64,000 nucleotides of DNA from assembly GCA_964234715.1 (NCBI GenBank), contig OZ174275.1. The stretch is one strand, 5' to 3'. The position numbers were made by a program, and so were the translations under genes. The notes beneath the pieces were generated by a model. That model did not search any database and was not told where the DNA came from. It saw only the letters and a program-made list of their open reading frames with translations. How positions within the stretch are numbered: the stretch's first letter is position 1; each line of letters starts with the position of its first letter. Below are positions 1-11,852 of the stretch, in pieces. This DNA comes from Podarcis melisellensis (Eukaryota).

Positions 1-298
1 GTGGATCTTAATTGTTTAATTGCAAAATAAAGATGTGCTTTAGTAATTTAAAGTTTGGAGATTTTTTTATTACTTAAAGTTGCTAGGTATTCTGCAATAC
101 TGATAATTATCAGTGGGTTTTTTGATCTTGGTCTTTGGACAGATTTTTTTGCACGCAAACAGCGAGGGAATTGCTTCTTCATTTGGTTGTAAACTTACAA
201 TATATGGAAATTCAGTGATACTTAAGCATTGTTGATCCCATTGTGAACATGCTGCCCTTAAAAGAGTTAATACTAGAGGTGATCTAACCTTGGGGCTA

Positions 299-333
299 GT
301 GTGTGTGTGTGTGTGCGTGCGTGCACACACACA

Positions 334-366
<33 letters not shown>
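299..366. repeat. Compound (GT)n-(CA)n microsatellite
   Basis: Direct reading. Confidence 0.95.
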
Positions 367-368
<2 letters not shown>

Positions 369-562
369 CAGTAGTGATAGAAGAGTCTCCTGTATAACAT
401 GCTACTGCTGACCACTTTGCTGTTTGATCATGCACATTTATCCTAATGAGGAATAGTAATACTAGTTTGGCACATCACAGATAAAGACAGAATTAAGTTG
501 AAAATAGTGAAAAGCCAAGGCTATGTTAACAATGAGTTTATTCTGTTTTGGAAACTCTTAAT

Positions 563-748
563 GTGTTTGCTTGTTTGCATTTATTTTCCATCCCCAAGCT
601 CAAGGTGGCGTACGTCCCTCCCTCTCATTTAATCCCCACAACAACTCTCTGAGTTAGGTTAGGCTGAGAGGCAGTGACTGGCCAAGATCACCCAGTGAGC
701 TTCATGGCTGAGTGGGAATTCGAACACTAACCACTATACTATACTGGC
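563..748 (-). mobile_element. tRNA-derived MIR/CORE-like squamate SINE (Squam3-like), internally deleted
   Basis: Minus strand begins GCCAGTATAGTATAGTGGTTAG..GTTCGAATTCCCACTCAGCCATGAAGCTCACTGGGTGA; second copy at 47514-47740. Confidence 0.75.
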
Positions 749-1095
749 ATTAACTATAGAGAAATATCAGAAGACCGCAGCAGGGTTAAATTCCCTTCCA
801 CCCATGCCGTGTTTCTATTCATGTGTGATGATGAGGGCATACTGGCTACTATAATTAAAAATCAGCTAGACAAGGCCAAACAATGTGACAAATCTGTTTC
901 TCTACCTTGGGGTTCCATTTGCCTTCTACAAATCACAGGTTTCTGTTCTTCAGGATAACTGGGGAAATATTTGAGCAGGGGATGGAAGACTACAATTCTC
1001 CATTGCCTTACTTGGTGAATCATGTGTAATTTGCCAATTATTTTTATCTTAATATTTCAAGAAAAAATCTCACATCTCTTACCCTATTTTATATA

Positions 1096-1337
1096 CAGTG
1101 GTACCTCGGGTTAAGTCCTTAATTCGTTCCGGAGGTCTGTTCTTAACCTGAAACTGTTCTTAACCTGAAGCACCACTTTAGCTAATGGGGCCTCCTGCCA
1201 CCCCCACGCCGACGGAGCACAATTTCTGTTCTCATCCTGAAGCAAAGTTCTTAACCCGAGGTACTATTTCTGGGTTGGTGGAGTCTGTAACCTGAAGCGT
1301 ATGTAACCTGAAGCGTATGTAACCTGAAGTACCACTG
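1096..1337. mobile_element. Tc1/mariner-type MITE family A, copy 1 (242 bp)
   Basis: TIRs CAGTGGTACCTCGGGTTA, TA duplication, near-identical to the other copies. Confidence 0.92.
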
Positions 1338-1640
1338 TATATATATTTTGCCACATCTTAATTCTGTATCCCTTCTCAGTAGAAATAGGTTCCGTGCAAT
1401 CTAGTCCTGAAATTGTTTCAAACAGTTCTTCCAGGTATTCTGCTAAATTGGTATAATCAACCTTTTAATACCTTATCTTTACCCCTATATTTCTCTTTTG
1501 TCATCCAGTTCTTCAATTATTTCTTGTGTTTTATCTTTTCCCCCTTCATTTCTTCCTACAAGTCTTCAGACTGACACTTTCACCTTAGTTACATGTTGAT
1601 CAGATACTTTAAAAATATTCTTGCATTGTGTTTACAGTGT

Positions 1641-2060
1641 GTAGAACTAGTGCAGATTTGAGCTTCATCTCACAGTGCCCAGCCAGATGCCCACAAAAAC
1701 CTGCAAGCCGGACATGAGTGCAGCAGCCCACCTGTGATTTCCAGCAATTGGTATTCACAGGTACTATGCCTCTGACAATGAAAGCAGAACACGGTCACCT
1801 ACTTGCTACTGATAGTGTTGTTTTCCACAAATTTGTCTAATCCAGTTTTAAAGCCAAGTTGGAAGCTATGGCTGCCTCGTATGGGAGCAAGTTCCATATT
1901 TTTAACTATGCAACTGATTCAGCTCCATTCAGATGTCCACTAGTTCTAGTGTTAGGGAGAGGAGAAAAACTTCTCTTTATCCAATTTCTCCATGCCTTGC
2001 ATAATTTTATAAACTTCTATCATGTCACTTCTTTATTCCCACTGCAATCCTAACACTGCA
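1641..2060 (-). mobile_element. Degenerate CR1 LINE 3' fragment
   Basis: Similar to the CR1 3' end at 53336-53660 (e.g. ccaagttgg..gc..ct..tgggagca..ttccata). Confidence 0.65.
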
Positions 2061-2857
2061 GGGGAAGGCTGGTGCACAGCCAAGGTAGGCAGGTGTCTGT
2101 TCAGAGATGTAAAAGATTTTGCCATGCCTCTTGGGCAGCCCAAAAGACCTCCACATGTATTAATGAGAGAAATGTAATTATACCTGCCCTTTAAGTCTCA
2201 GGTAAAGGGCACAGGTGATTAGTTTGGACTTCAGGCTCTGTATCACTGAGAAAAAGGAAAGTTCCACAAATGCTGACATGCATACGACTTTCCCTACAGC
2301 ATAAGGCACACTGTGCTGCCTTGCTTAACTTCAAATGGTTTAATTGAATGTTAGGCTGAACACACCTTTTTGGCTGGTATCTGCTAACACAAGAAGCAAC
2401 ATTACTATTTGCTGAAAATTGCCTTTGGATTTGGGTAGTAGGTGTATGGAACTGGTGCATGTATTTGGCATGTGTGAGGGTCTTCTACACCATACATGGC
2501 AGCGAACCCACTTTTACCAATGAATGTACACTCAAAAAAGTGAGGTGGGGCCAATCCTAAATCTCTGAGTGATCAGGGATGGAGAGCCTGGGGGTTCTCC
2601 AGCTGAAATAGTGAGTATGCCCCTACTTTTCTAGGTTGCTTCCAAAGAACCTGTTTGTTGAACATCCTAATTTGTTTGCAGGGAGCTTGTAAGACACGTG
2701 TTTTATCAGGTGCCGGGCTGTTATACAGTGCCATGTCAAGCAATTGTCCTGCGCACTTTCCTGTCATTCATCACAGAAGCCTGGGTTTTTGTGGAAGTGG
2801 GTTTGTTGCACAATAGCACCAAAGTCACCCTCCATGGACAACCTGAATTTGCCAGTA

Positions 2858-3099
2858 CAGTGGTACCTCGGGTTACATGCGCTTCAGGTTACATACGCTT
2901 CAGGTTACAGACTCCGCTAACCCAGAAATAGTACTTCAGGTTAAGAACTTTGCTTCAGGATGAGAACAGAAATCGTGTTCCGGCTGCACGGCAGCAGCGG
3001 GAGGCCCCATTAGCTAAAGTGGTGCTTCAGGTTAAGAACAGTTTCAGGTTAAGTACGGACCCCCAGAACGAATTAAGTTCTTAACCTGAGGTACCACTG
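2858..3099. mobile_element. Tc1/mariner-type MITE family A, copy 2 (242 bp, inverted relative to copy 1)
   Basis: TA-CAGTGGTACCTCGGG...GAGGTACCACTG-TA. Confidence 0.92.
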
Positions 3100-3399
3100 T
3101 ATACAAATGAATTGTAGCAGCAAAACAGAATGTTTGGAAGTGCTCCTAATAAATTTTGCTTAATATGGGTTCATTGCCCCTTAACATTGTCGTTATGGTA
3201 TCATATATAGCTGGGTGGGTGTGAATGTGGTAATCCTATGCACATTTACCTGTGGGAGAGTAAGCCCCCTTGAACCCCACGTTTACTTCTAAGTAGATAG
3301 GCATAGGATTGTGCTGTAAATCTTTTTTGATCATATATGCTGGGGCAAGGAACTTCTGAGCTAAGAGAATGTTGCTTCCTCAACCTAATTCTATGTGAT

Positions 3400-4990
3400 T
3401 TAGGGACCCTAGGGAGGCGAAGGGGGGCACGGGACGGGCCTTAAGAAAATGGAAGGAGCCCTCTGCCAGCTATGAGGTCAGGCTTCTGGCAAAAGGGATC
3501 TGTCCCCCCTCCTCCCAGTTCTTCACCCGCAGCGGCTGCTGGACGAGGGGCGGGAAGAGGAGGGATGGCCCTGCCTACCTACCACCAGGATGCACCGCCA
3601 CGGATTATCCGCCAGGGAAGGCAGTCTTCCATGCATGCAATATATGCGTCTTTACCTGCGTTTTTTGCACGATATATTCGAGATGCACGGAGTTGGGCCG
3701 CGTTTCCCACTTGTTCGTGTTATCCTGGCCGCACTGCTTAGCATTTTAATATAAATCGTCGGCTGCGAGAGCTGACTCGGACAGTGTTGCTTCTTCCTGC
3801 TGATTTAAAGTAGAATACTGTATCAGCGATCGGGTCTTGCAAGGGAATATTTAACCCCGGACTTTCTCAACTCGCCTCCCCAATTAATTAATTGATTGAT
3901 TGATTATATACCAGAGGTCTCAGGGCAGTTCACAGAACACGGGTTTAGCCCCCCTATACCTGGAAACATTAGGGCTGCATCTCCAATATAAGCAAGGGAG
4001 GCGCTTTCCCCCTATGGGTAAAATATCGGGACCTGTTCGGAGGCGGCAGAGTGTCTTAAACAAACAAATGCATTTGGATTTTTAAAAATGTGACCGGGGG
4101 GGCGGGTTCGTGTGATGCAGCCAGGCTGCCTCGTGCTTTCTGGAAACGAGAGGTGGTTGTTGACCTGTTTGTTTTGTTGCTGCCTTTCCCTTCTCTCTCT
4201 CTCTCGCAGCGGGAGCTGGGAGAGGAGGAGGCCCGAGCCAGGGAGGGGAGGGGAAAAAGAAACACAGGGCGAGGTGGAGGAGGAGGAGGAAAGAGGCGGC
4301 TCCTTGGCCTTACTCAGCGGCCATTTGCCTCCGCCCCTCGTCGCTTAGCCGGGAGTCCTTCCCTTCGGAGGCGACGCGCCGGTCGGGGAAAAGCGCAGCT
4401 GGGCGAGGAGAAGAAGAAGAGGGAGGCTGGTAGGTGGCTTTGGGCGTCTGGGTCTCGCGGAGGCTGCCGACCGTTTTCTGGAGGGGAAAGGCGGGAAAAT
4501 AATGTCCGGGTTGGAGGGGGGCCGGGGGGGGATGTGCGCTGAGAAGGTGCGTCTCTCTCTCTCTCCTCCCTGTTGCGTCTCGCCTGTTGCTTGCCTGGCG
4601 CTTCCCGAAATATCTCTTCATTTAAAAGCAACATCCAGCCCTCTCTCTTTCTCTCAGGGTCTCGTTGCCCCAAAGCGACGCCTCTTACTTCCCAGGCGTT
4701 CCCGTGGCTCTCCAGCCTTTAGCGCCCGCCCCATAAGTAGCTATGCCTTTCCGAGTGTGGGGCGAGGACGACCGCCCGCCTTGCTGACGCTGCCATGCCT
4801 TTTCCCAGCCCCTCCGTCCTCACCTTTCCCCTCCCTCCCGGCCAGTTGTAAGTTTCTGCGACCTAATTATCACAGCCATAGGAAGCGACGACAAGCGGGG
4901 GGGGGGGCGGCGGCGGGCGTCAAATCCCGACAAAGGTGGGATTAAGGATGGGTTGAAATGGGAGGCGGGGGCAGAAATCTGTCAGGAAGG
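3400..4990. promoter_or_regulatory. EPB41L5: CpG island promoter of EPB41L5
   Basis: Sharp rise in GC and CpG density about 4 kb upstream of the first coding exon. GC boxes (~4098, ~4329), YY1-like GCGGCCATTTG (4317-4327) and E2F-like GGCGGGAAA (4490-4498). Confidence 0.85.
4310..4429 (+). other. EPB41L5: Probable non-coding exon 1 of EPB41L5 (start approximate; alternative donor at 4547)
   Basis: Donor CTG|GTAGGT at 4430 and AAG|GTGCGT at 4547 inside the CpG island. Exon 2 has its acceptor only 5 nt before the ATG, so an upstream UTR exon is needed. Confidence 0.55.
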
Positions 4991-7900
4991 GTTAAAAAGT
5001 GACCCTTTTCATGGACTGGCTTCCTGTTTACCTTTCCCTGTGTCTTAACTCCCCTATAATCAAGCGCTGTGTTTTCATCGGCTGCGTGTTTAGGTATCTC
5101 ATCTGAGTTTTGACGTTGCCCTCAAGCTTCCTACCTTTGTTCCCTTCATGTTGTTTGGGAGTGATACTTTAGTTTACTCCCCCCCCCCCGACAACGCTAC
5201 AATCCTTAATATAAGGGGTGTATTAACCCCTATGTATTCCCCCCATCCACCCAATTTCCATTAGTTCATAGCAACCATACTCATTTGCTTCATATTCCCC
5301 ATCTTTTAACTGTGGAGGGGAATAATGGAAGATGTTTCATCACCTTAGTGTCTAAACAAAGAGGTGTCATTAGTTCAATCCCAGCTCTGTGAGACCTGAA
5401 AGCATTTATTTCCTTGAATGGACGTGGATGTAGTTAGTTATGATGGAAAGGTACTCTGTACCTTCTTGGGCATTGTTTTATTCACATGGTCCCATATCTA
5501 TTTCCTTTGTGGTGTCAGGATGCTATGGCCTCATTCGGAATGTGTGGTCCTCTCCACTGTAGTCAGCAAGTCATAAACAAAATTTGGCTTGCTGGTGAAA
5601 TAAACCACAATCCCTGGTTTGGGCATAGCAACAAGCCATACTTCATGGCTGCTTGTTGGTGCAGGGAAAAGAGTGTATTGAAGCAGCTGTGATCATGCAG
5701 TGAGTTCTTGTTCACAGTAAGCTATTAACCATGTAGTGTGCAACACTTGCCACCTCCTACCCCACCCTGCTTCCTATGTATATTCATTTCCTTTGTCATA
5801 GCCAAAGGAATTTCCACTTACTTAAAACTAGGATCCTCAAAATATGAAATGAGCCCCTATGTGGAGCTGAACAGGTTTTTTTGTGGGGTGTGGAGTTCAT
5901 CATGACTCAGTTCTTACTGATTACTTGAATATGCAAGGAGGTAAAGCATAGAACACTTCTTCCCAGTTTCCAGTCTGGGACAGCTATAGACAGCTCTGAG
6001 GCAACCCCTTTGTTTTGTTGACAAATGATGCAGAGACAATACTGCCACCCCCCTTTAAAATGCTCAGTTTTTGCAAATAATTTTTAAAAATCCCTCTTCT
6101 TGAAACTTGGTTCAGAGTGATATTTTCCCCTTTTCTATAGACCAGCCCTGTGCCTGAAACAAAAATACACCCTGGACCCTTCTTGTCTGGTTATAGTTAA
6201 TGTTTGGAGAGACTAACCATATTGAGCCTCTTCCCTAAACTGTATTGTTTGTTATTCTTACCTCTACCTCTTGACCTGTCCTGCTATTATCTGTTGGGTA
6301 TTGGGGAAATGGTGCTTTTTCCAGTACTACTTTAGCATCCTATACACATCATAGATATGCTGTCCATGGTTATGCCACAATAGTAAAAATATTGTGTGTT
6401 ATTCAACCAAGTTTTGCTCAGAGTAGACCTGTTGAAATGAATGGACCTAATTTAGTAATGTTCATTAATTTCAGTTGGTCTAACTCTGTGAAACTTAGTT
6501 GAATGCCACTCATTGCTGTTATGTGGGTTTCCTCTTTTACTTTAGACATCATGAAACATCTTGTCAGGAGAGGAAATTTAAGCTTGAACAGTTCAGATAG
6601 TTGCAGTGCAAGCTGTTCTCTGTTTTGAATATTTGTTGAGGGCTTGTTCAGAAACAATAACATACTGTATGCTTGCCAGTTCTGATATTTGCAGGCTTCA
6701 CAAAACAAAACTGATTTGTTGGTTGCCTAACCTTGAAATAAATTGGCAGTGTTGTTCAGTTTCTTTAAAAAACAAACCAACCGCAGAAGAGGTCTTAGTT
6801 TTTATTGTAAATCACCTTGGAACTTTCTCAGTGGAAAGTGATGTACAATTCTAAATCTTGGGGAGTGTTGAGGTTATTGTGTTTGAGGTTTGGGGGGTAC
6901 ATTTTAAAATAATAATAATAAAATAGGGAGATTTGAGGTGGCTTTGCAGTATGATGTTGCACTGACTGGCAGACCCCAGACCTAATTCCAAATTTTGTTC
7001 AGTGCTCATTATTGGCCTTTAAGAGCCCCTCTGAAGTTCCATATCAGTGAGACACATGTGTTTTTATTTAATAAACACACCAGTTGCACAACTGGTTACT
7101 ACAATGACTATGTCATTTCAGCTTTAGCTTGTTCACATGTTGAACAAAATTCCTTGCATGTGTTTTACTGGTTCACATAAGAGATCATACTGTAAGATAT
7201 GTGCATCTACCTCGAGGTGAAAAGATGCTCTCGGCAGGTGTGAGTTCCACATCATCTTCAGTCTATGTGTTTATGGAAAGGGGTACAGGGTGGCTCAGCA
7301 AACAGGTGTGGCAATGAAAGTGGGTCAGGCATTCTAGTATCTGGTAGTGAGTACTTGTCAGCCTCAGGTTGTATGATGTGGGAGGTTGCACAATAAAGGG
7401 CTTTGAACAATGAAACGCCTTAGAATAAATACATGTTCTTGTTCTCCAAACCTTCCACTAGCTATCCTATACAGGAGTGGACAATAGTTCAGTGATGCAG
7501 CAGGTGGCAAGCATACATAAATGCCAGCTTCAGTTCAGCTTCAGAAGCTTGAATGAAAGAACTTAGCTAGAAAAGATCTCTGTCTGAGACCTCTCAAAGC
7601 TTTGCAAGCCAAAGTAGACAATATAGAAGCAGGTGAACCAGTTTCAGTATGAGACCGCTCTGTATATGTATAAGAATTCAGAGATGCTATTTTCTAAGCT
7701 AGAGTTATTTAAAAGCCAAGGAACAAACCCAGAATTAAAGGAGATAAATGCTTCTTCTCTTTGGGCAGAATTAACATTCTGAATAGAAGTAGATATTATT
7801 GGATTATATTGATATTACTAGGGGCTTATGCCATAGTCAATAAATCTGGAGTAGTTTAAAATTTTAATCTTCCAGTTGTGCTAATTTAACCTTTTAAGAA

Positions 7901-8934
7901 TTCCAGCCTCTCACAGTGATAGCATGTGGCAGGCAAGCCCAGACAGACAGAAGGTGGAAGGCGTATTTGCCAGTTTATCCATTTTGGCTCATAGTGGAGA
8001 CTGAAACTTCTGTCAAGGGTCCAGATTGTTTGGATTCAGCTATGAGTCATGCAAGGTGTAAACTTTTGAGTGCCCTTAATGTGTACTGTATGTGGGTGGG
8101 CTAGCTTCCCTTGTCCTTCCTCGAAACCTTCCTGTAATCTTTATGCAGACAAAATCTGCTTTGTACCAAGCAGAACCTAACATGTGTGAGCATGCTCTTT
8201 GTTCTTGAAACAGAAAAGTGAATGTGGAGGCTGATTTTGAAGCCTCTAGGCCCGTTGTGTCCAGTAAGCTGTGAATTCCAAAGTATTCAAGAACAAATGT
8301 TGAACTATTTAAACAACTATGTACCATGCTACTGAGAGGTATATTTGTCTTCTCATTGTGTAGGGTGTAGCTCTATCTTACTTGTCAAAAAGTTGTATTC
8401 TAAAACATGTATTTAAAGCGGAGCCTCCTTAAGTAGCCCTTAAAATGATTTCCTAGTGCCATAAAAGTATGAGAGACACTGTGATCTACCTACATTCTTT
8501 CTCTCCCTCTCTGCCTTATGGGATTCTGTTGTAAATCCGAACTTCCTTCTTCTTTGTCCCTAGTCCTATTACTAATGTTTTCCAGTCATTAATTGCATGG
8601 GTGCTGCAGCCTCAGAAGGATCTGGGCATGCTTTTGAATCAAGCACCTGCAAGTTGACAGCTGAGTTCTTGAGATGTCTTATTTCCAGGTGGTGTCTGAA
8701 AGCTGCACTTCTAATTGCTGTAGGGCTGCTAAGTTCTCTTGGCAGGGGAACTGAGTCTTTCAGGAGCATTACAAATATCTGCTTTTGTGCTTCTTTTCTA
8801 TAGTGCATAATTACTTAGAAATTTAGTGAGATGTGAATATTTACCTGCCTTGATTTTGAAATAGTTCATTTGAAAGCCGTTAGTCTTTTTCCTTTTGAAA
8901 CATTCACAACTTTTTATTGGCCTGTTTAGTAACG

Positions 8935-9114
8935 ATGCTGAGTTTCTTTCGACGAACGCTTGGGCGCAGGTCTATGCGCAAACATGCTGAGAAGGAACGG
9001 CTAAGAGAGGCCCAGCGAGCTGCAACTCACATCCCTGCTGCTGGAGATGAGAAATCCATAATTACATGCCGTGTCTCTTTGCTGGATGGAACTGATGTCA
9101 GTGTGGACTTGCCG
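8935..9114 (+). CDS. EPB41L5: EPB41L5 exon 2 (start; MLSFFRR...VSVDLP)
   Basis: Acceptor tttag at 8929, ATG 8935, donor CCG|gtatga; 60 codons. Confidence 0.97.
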
Positions 9115-11786
9115 GTATGATAATTACATTACTTTTTCAACATGGTTGACTCATGTTTGAGAGAATGATTGTGTTCTTCTTTATCTCAGAGTTGAATTAG
9201 GTAATTGTGCTCATGTCATGGTTTTCAGCCATAGTAGGCCCAATGAGCTGTGTATTATTGTCCTCAAGGTTGGATTACTGTAATGTGCTGAACGTGGGGA
9301 TGCCCTTGAGCAGCAATTAGTGCAAAACATGACAGCTAGACTGCTGTATGGTGCAGCCTGCTGGAAAGAAATTAATAGTAGTTTGGGACTGCCAGTTTGC
9401 TAAATTCAAAGTGCTTATGCAGTGGTACTTCAGGTTACAGACGCTTCAGGTTACAGACTCTGCTAACCCAGAAATAGTACCTCGGGTTAAGAACTTTGCT
9501 TCAAGATGAGAACAGAAATTGTGCTCCGGAGGTGCGGCGGCAGTGGGAGGCCCCATTAGCTAAAGTGGTGCTTCCGTTTAAGAACAGTTTCAGGTTAAGA
9601 ACGGACCTCCAGAACGAATTAAGTACTTAACCTGAGGTACCACTGTAATTGTAACAGGATATGCATTTTGTGTAGTTAATGTGCAACACTATAGCAGATT
9701 AAAATTTACACATTTCAATTTGTGTTCAATTTCTCTCTTAATCCAAAGCCTGGTCATTTCACTCTATGAAATTTGATTTCCAGCCTAACTGAAATTAACA
9801 ATGAAAATATGGTATAGCTCCATTCAAGGGACACAGTTAATTTCACAATTTCACTGTTTACTATGTACAAAGGGCACCAATATAAAAAGCACTTTGACAA
9901 ACGTAAGAGATTGAAGCACAGGGACCAGCCTTTAAATTTCTGGTTTTTATTATTTTTTTAATGTTTTCCATGTTCTACTCTGGAAACATTTGAGTTGAAG
10001 GGTTAATACACACAAAAATATATATCCATGTGTAATATCTAGATAGAGAGATAGATAGATATCCTTGTCTATTTTTATTGGTTCCTTGTTCTGATTTTAG
10101 AAACTGCAGCGTTGTGAACCATGAAGTCATACCAACACTGTACTGGTATATGGAAAAGGGGAGGATAAGTTGATAGTTACATAACCCTATATTTGTCATT
10201 CTTGGCAGCAAGATTTGGAACCGGAACATCTGGCAGGAAGCTGAGCTGACCTAGCAATATTGCACTGGAGAAGCATAGTATTTGCTCTAGGAAATATTTG
10301 CTTAAGCCAACACATAAGGGAGTGGGCTGCCCACTTAACCGAGGCAGCTTTCTGATCACTGTTCACTAGTGAATATCACTGATCAAACTACATACACCAG
10401 CTTAATATACCGTATTTTTCGCTCTATAAGATGCACCAGACCATAAGACGCACCTAGTTTTTGGAAGAGGAATACAAGGGGGAAAAAAATCTGAATCCCA
10501 GAAGCCAGGACAGCAAGCGGGATTGCTTGCTTATGGGATAGCTTATGGGATAGCCACGTGCAGTCTCTCCCGGGCAGGGGATGAAGGCTCCCCTTGCCCG
10601 GGAGTGCCTGAGCTCGGCTATCCCATAAGCCAGGACAGCCAGCTGTGCGTGGCTAAGGCTCCCCCAAGAGTGGGCGGAGTGTGAAACGTATGTAACCTGA
10701 AGCATATGTAACCCGAGGTACCACTGTATATAAGTGCAAATCTTTCTTTCTCTCTCTCTGAAGAAAAGTGTATAGATTGTGCATTACCATTTGCCTTTGT
10801 TGTAAGCTACAGTGGTACCTCAGGTTACAGACGCTGCAGGTTACAGACTCCACTAACCCAGAAATAGTACCTCGGGTTAAGAACTTTGCTTCAGGATGAG
10901 AATAGAAATCATGCTCTGGCGGCGCAGCAGCAGCGGGAGGCCCCATTAGCTAAAGTGGTGGTTCAGGTTAAGAACAGTTTCAGGTTAAGAACAGACCTCC
11001 AGAACGAATTAAGTTCTTAACCCGAGGTACCACTGTATAGAGCAGGCACGTCCAACTCCCAAAAGAATGCAATCTACTCCCAGTACAAAAAACTGACAGT
11101 GATCTACCCATTGTCATTGCTAATAGTTGTTAAGCTTTTTTTGGGGGGGGGGGAACAAGCCAAAGTTGTGGAGCTTTTTGGAGGGCAGCGCTACAGACAA
11201 CATTGCTTCCACTTTCAGCATCCTTTTACATTTACAGCGGCTAAGCAGACAGCTAGCACCAGGGGCAGGAGGCGGAGTCATTACTAGCCCGCTATCTACC
11301 ACCAACGTGAGGCTATTGATTGCAGTCGACCTGTTGGACATGCCTGCTATAGATCAACCAAAGAGGGCTGCTTTGTATTAATTGTGACTACCTGCTTTTT
11401 TCAGAAACCTCAGGAGTTGTTAGCAATGATGTGGTGTGGAAATTTTCCCACTGCTTTGCTGTTCCATTGAAAATGTTCTGTTTATTATTATTTCACTGGT
11501 AACAATTATGCGTGTTGTTTTGCCTCACATTGTGGAATGTATAGTTACCATTTTGACAGACAAAGGCTTGTGGGGTGGGGTTATATTGCAAAACTCATAG
11601 GATTGCTGTATTTAAAAAGTTGAGGCACAATACACACAAAAGATCACTTGCATAAAATCTTACTGTGGTGAATGCAGAGATTGTGAATTATTCTTTTCTT
11701 TTTTCAGTAAATGCAGCCCTGTTCTCCATGTCAATTACTTCAAACTTTCTGGCCACAAACAGATTTCACTTTGCAGTATTTTTGTG

Positions 11787-11852
<66 letters not shown>

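Noticed and set aside
70-435. 121-aa ORF with VCVCVC/THTHT
   Set aside because: Translation of the GT/CA microsatellite
4056-4945. Several 100-150 aa ORFs on both strands in the CpG island
   Set aside because: GC-rich, stop-poor promoter sequence with low-complexity G/R/P translations and no recognisable domain
7215-7265. Minus-strand CTGAAGA...GAGAGCATC resembling a hammerhead core
   Set aside because: GAAA box is GAGA and the helices pair poorly; at most an old Penelope relic
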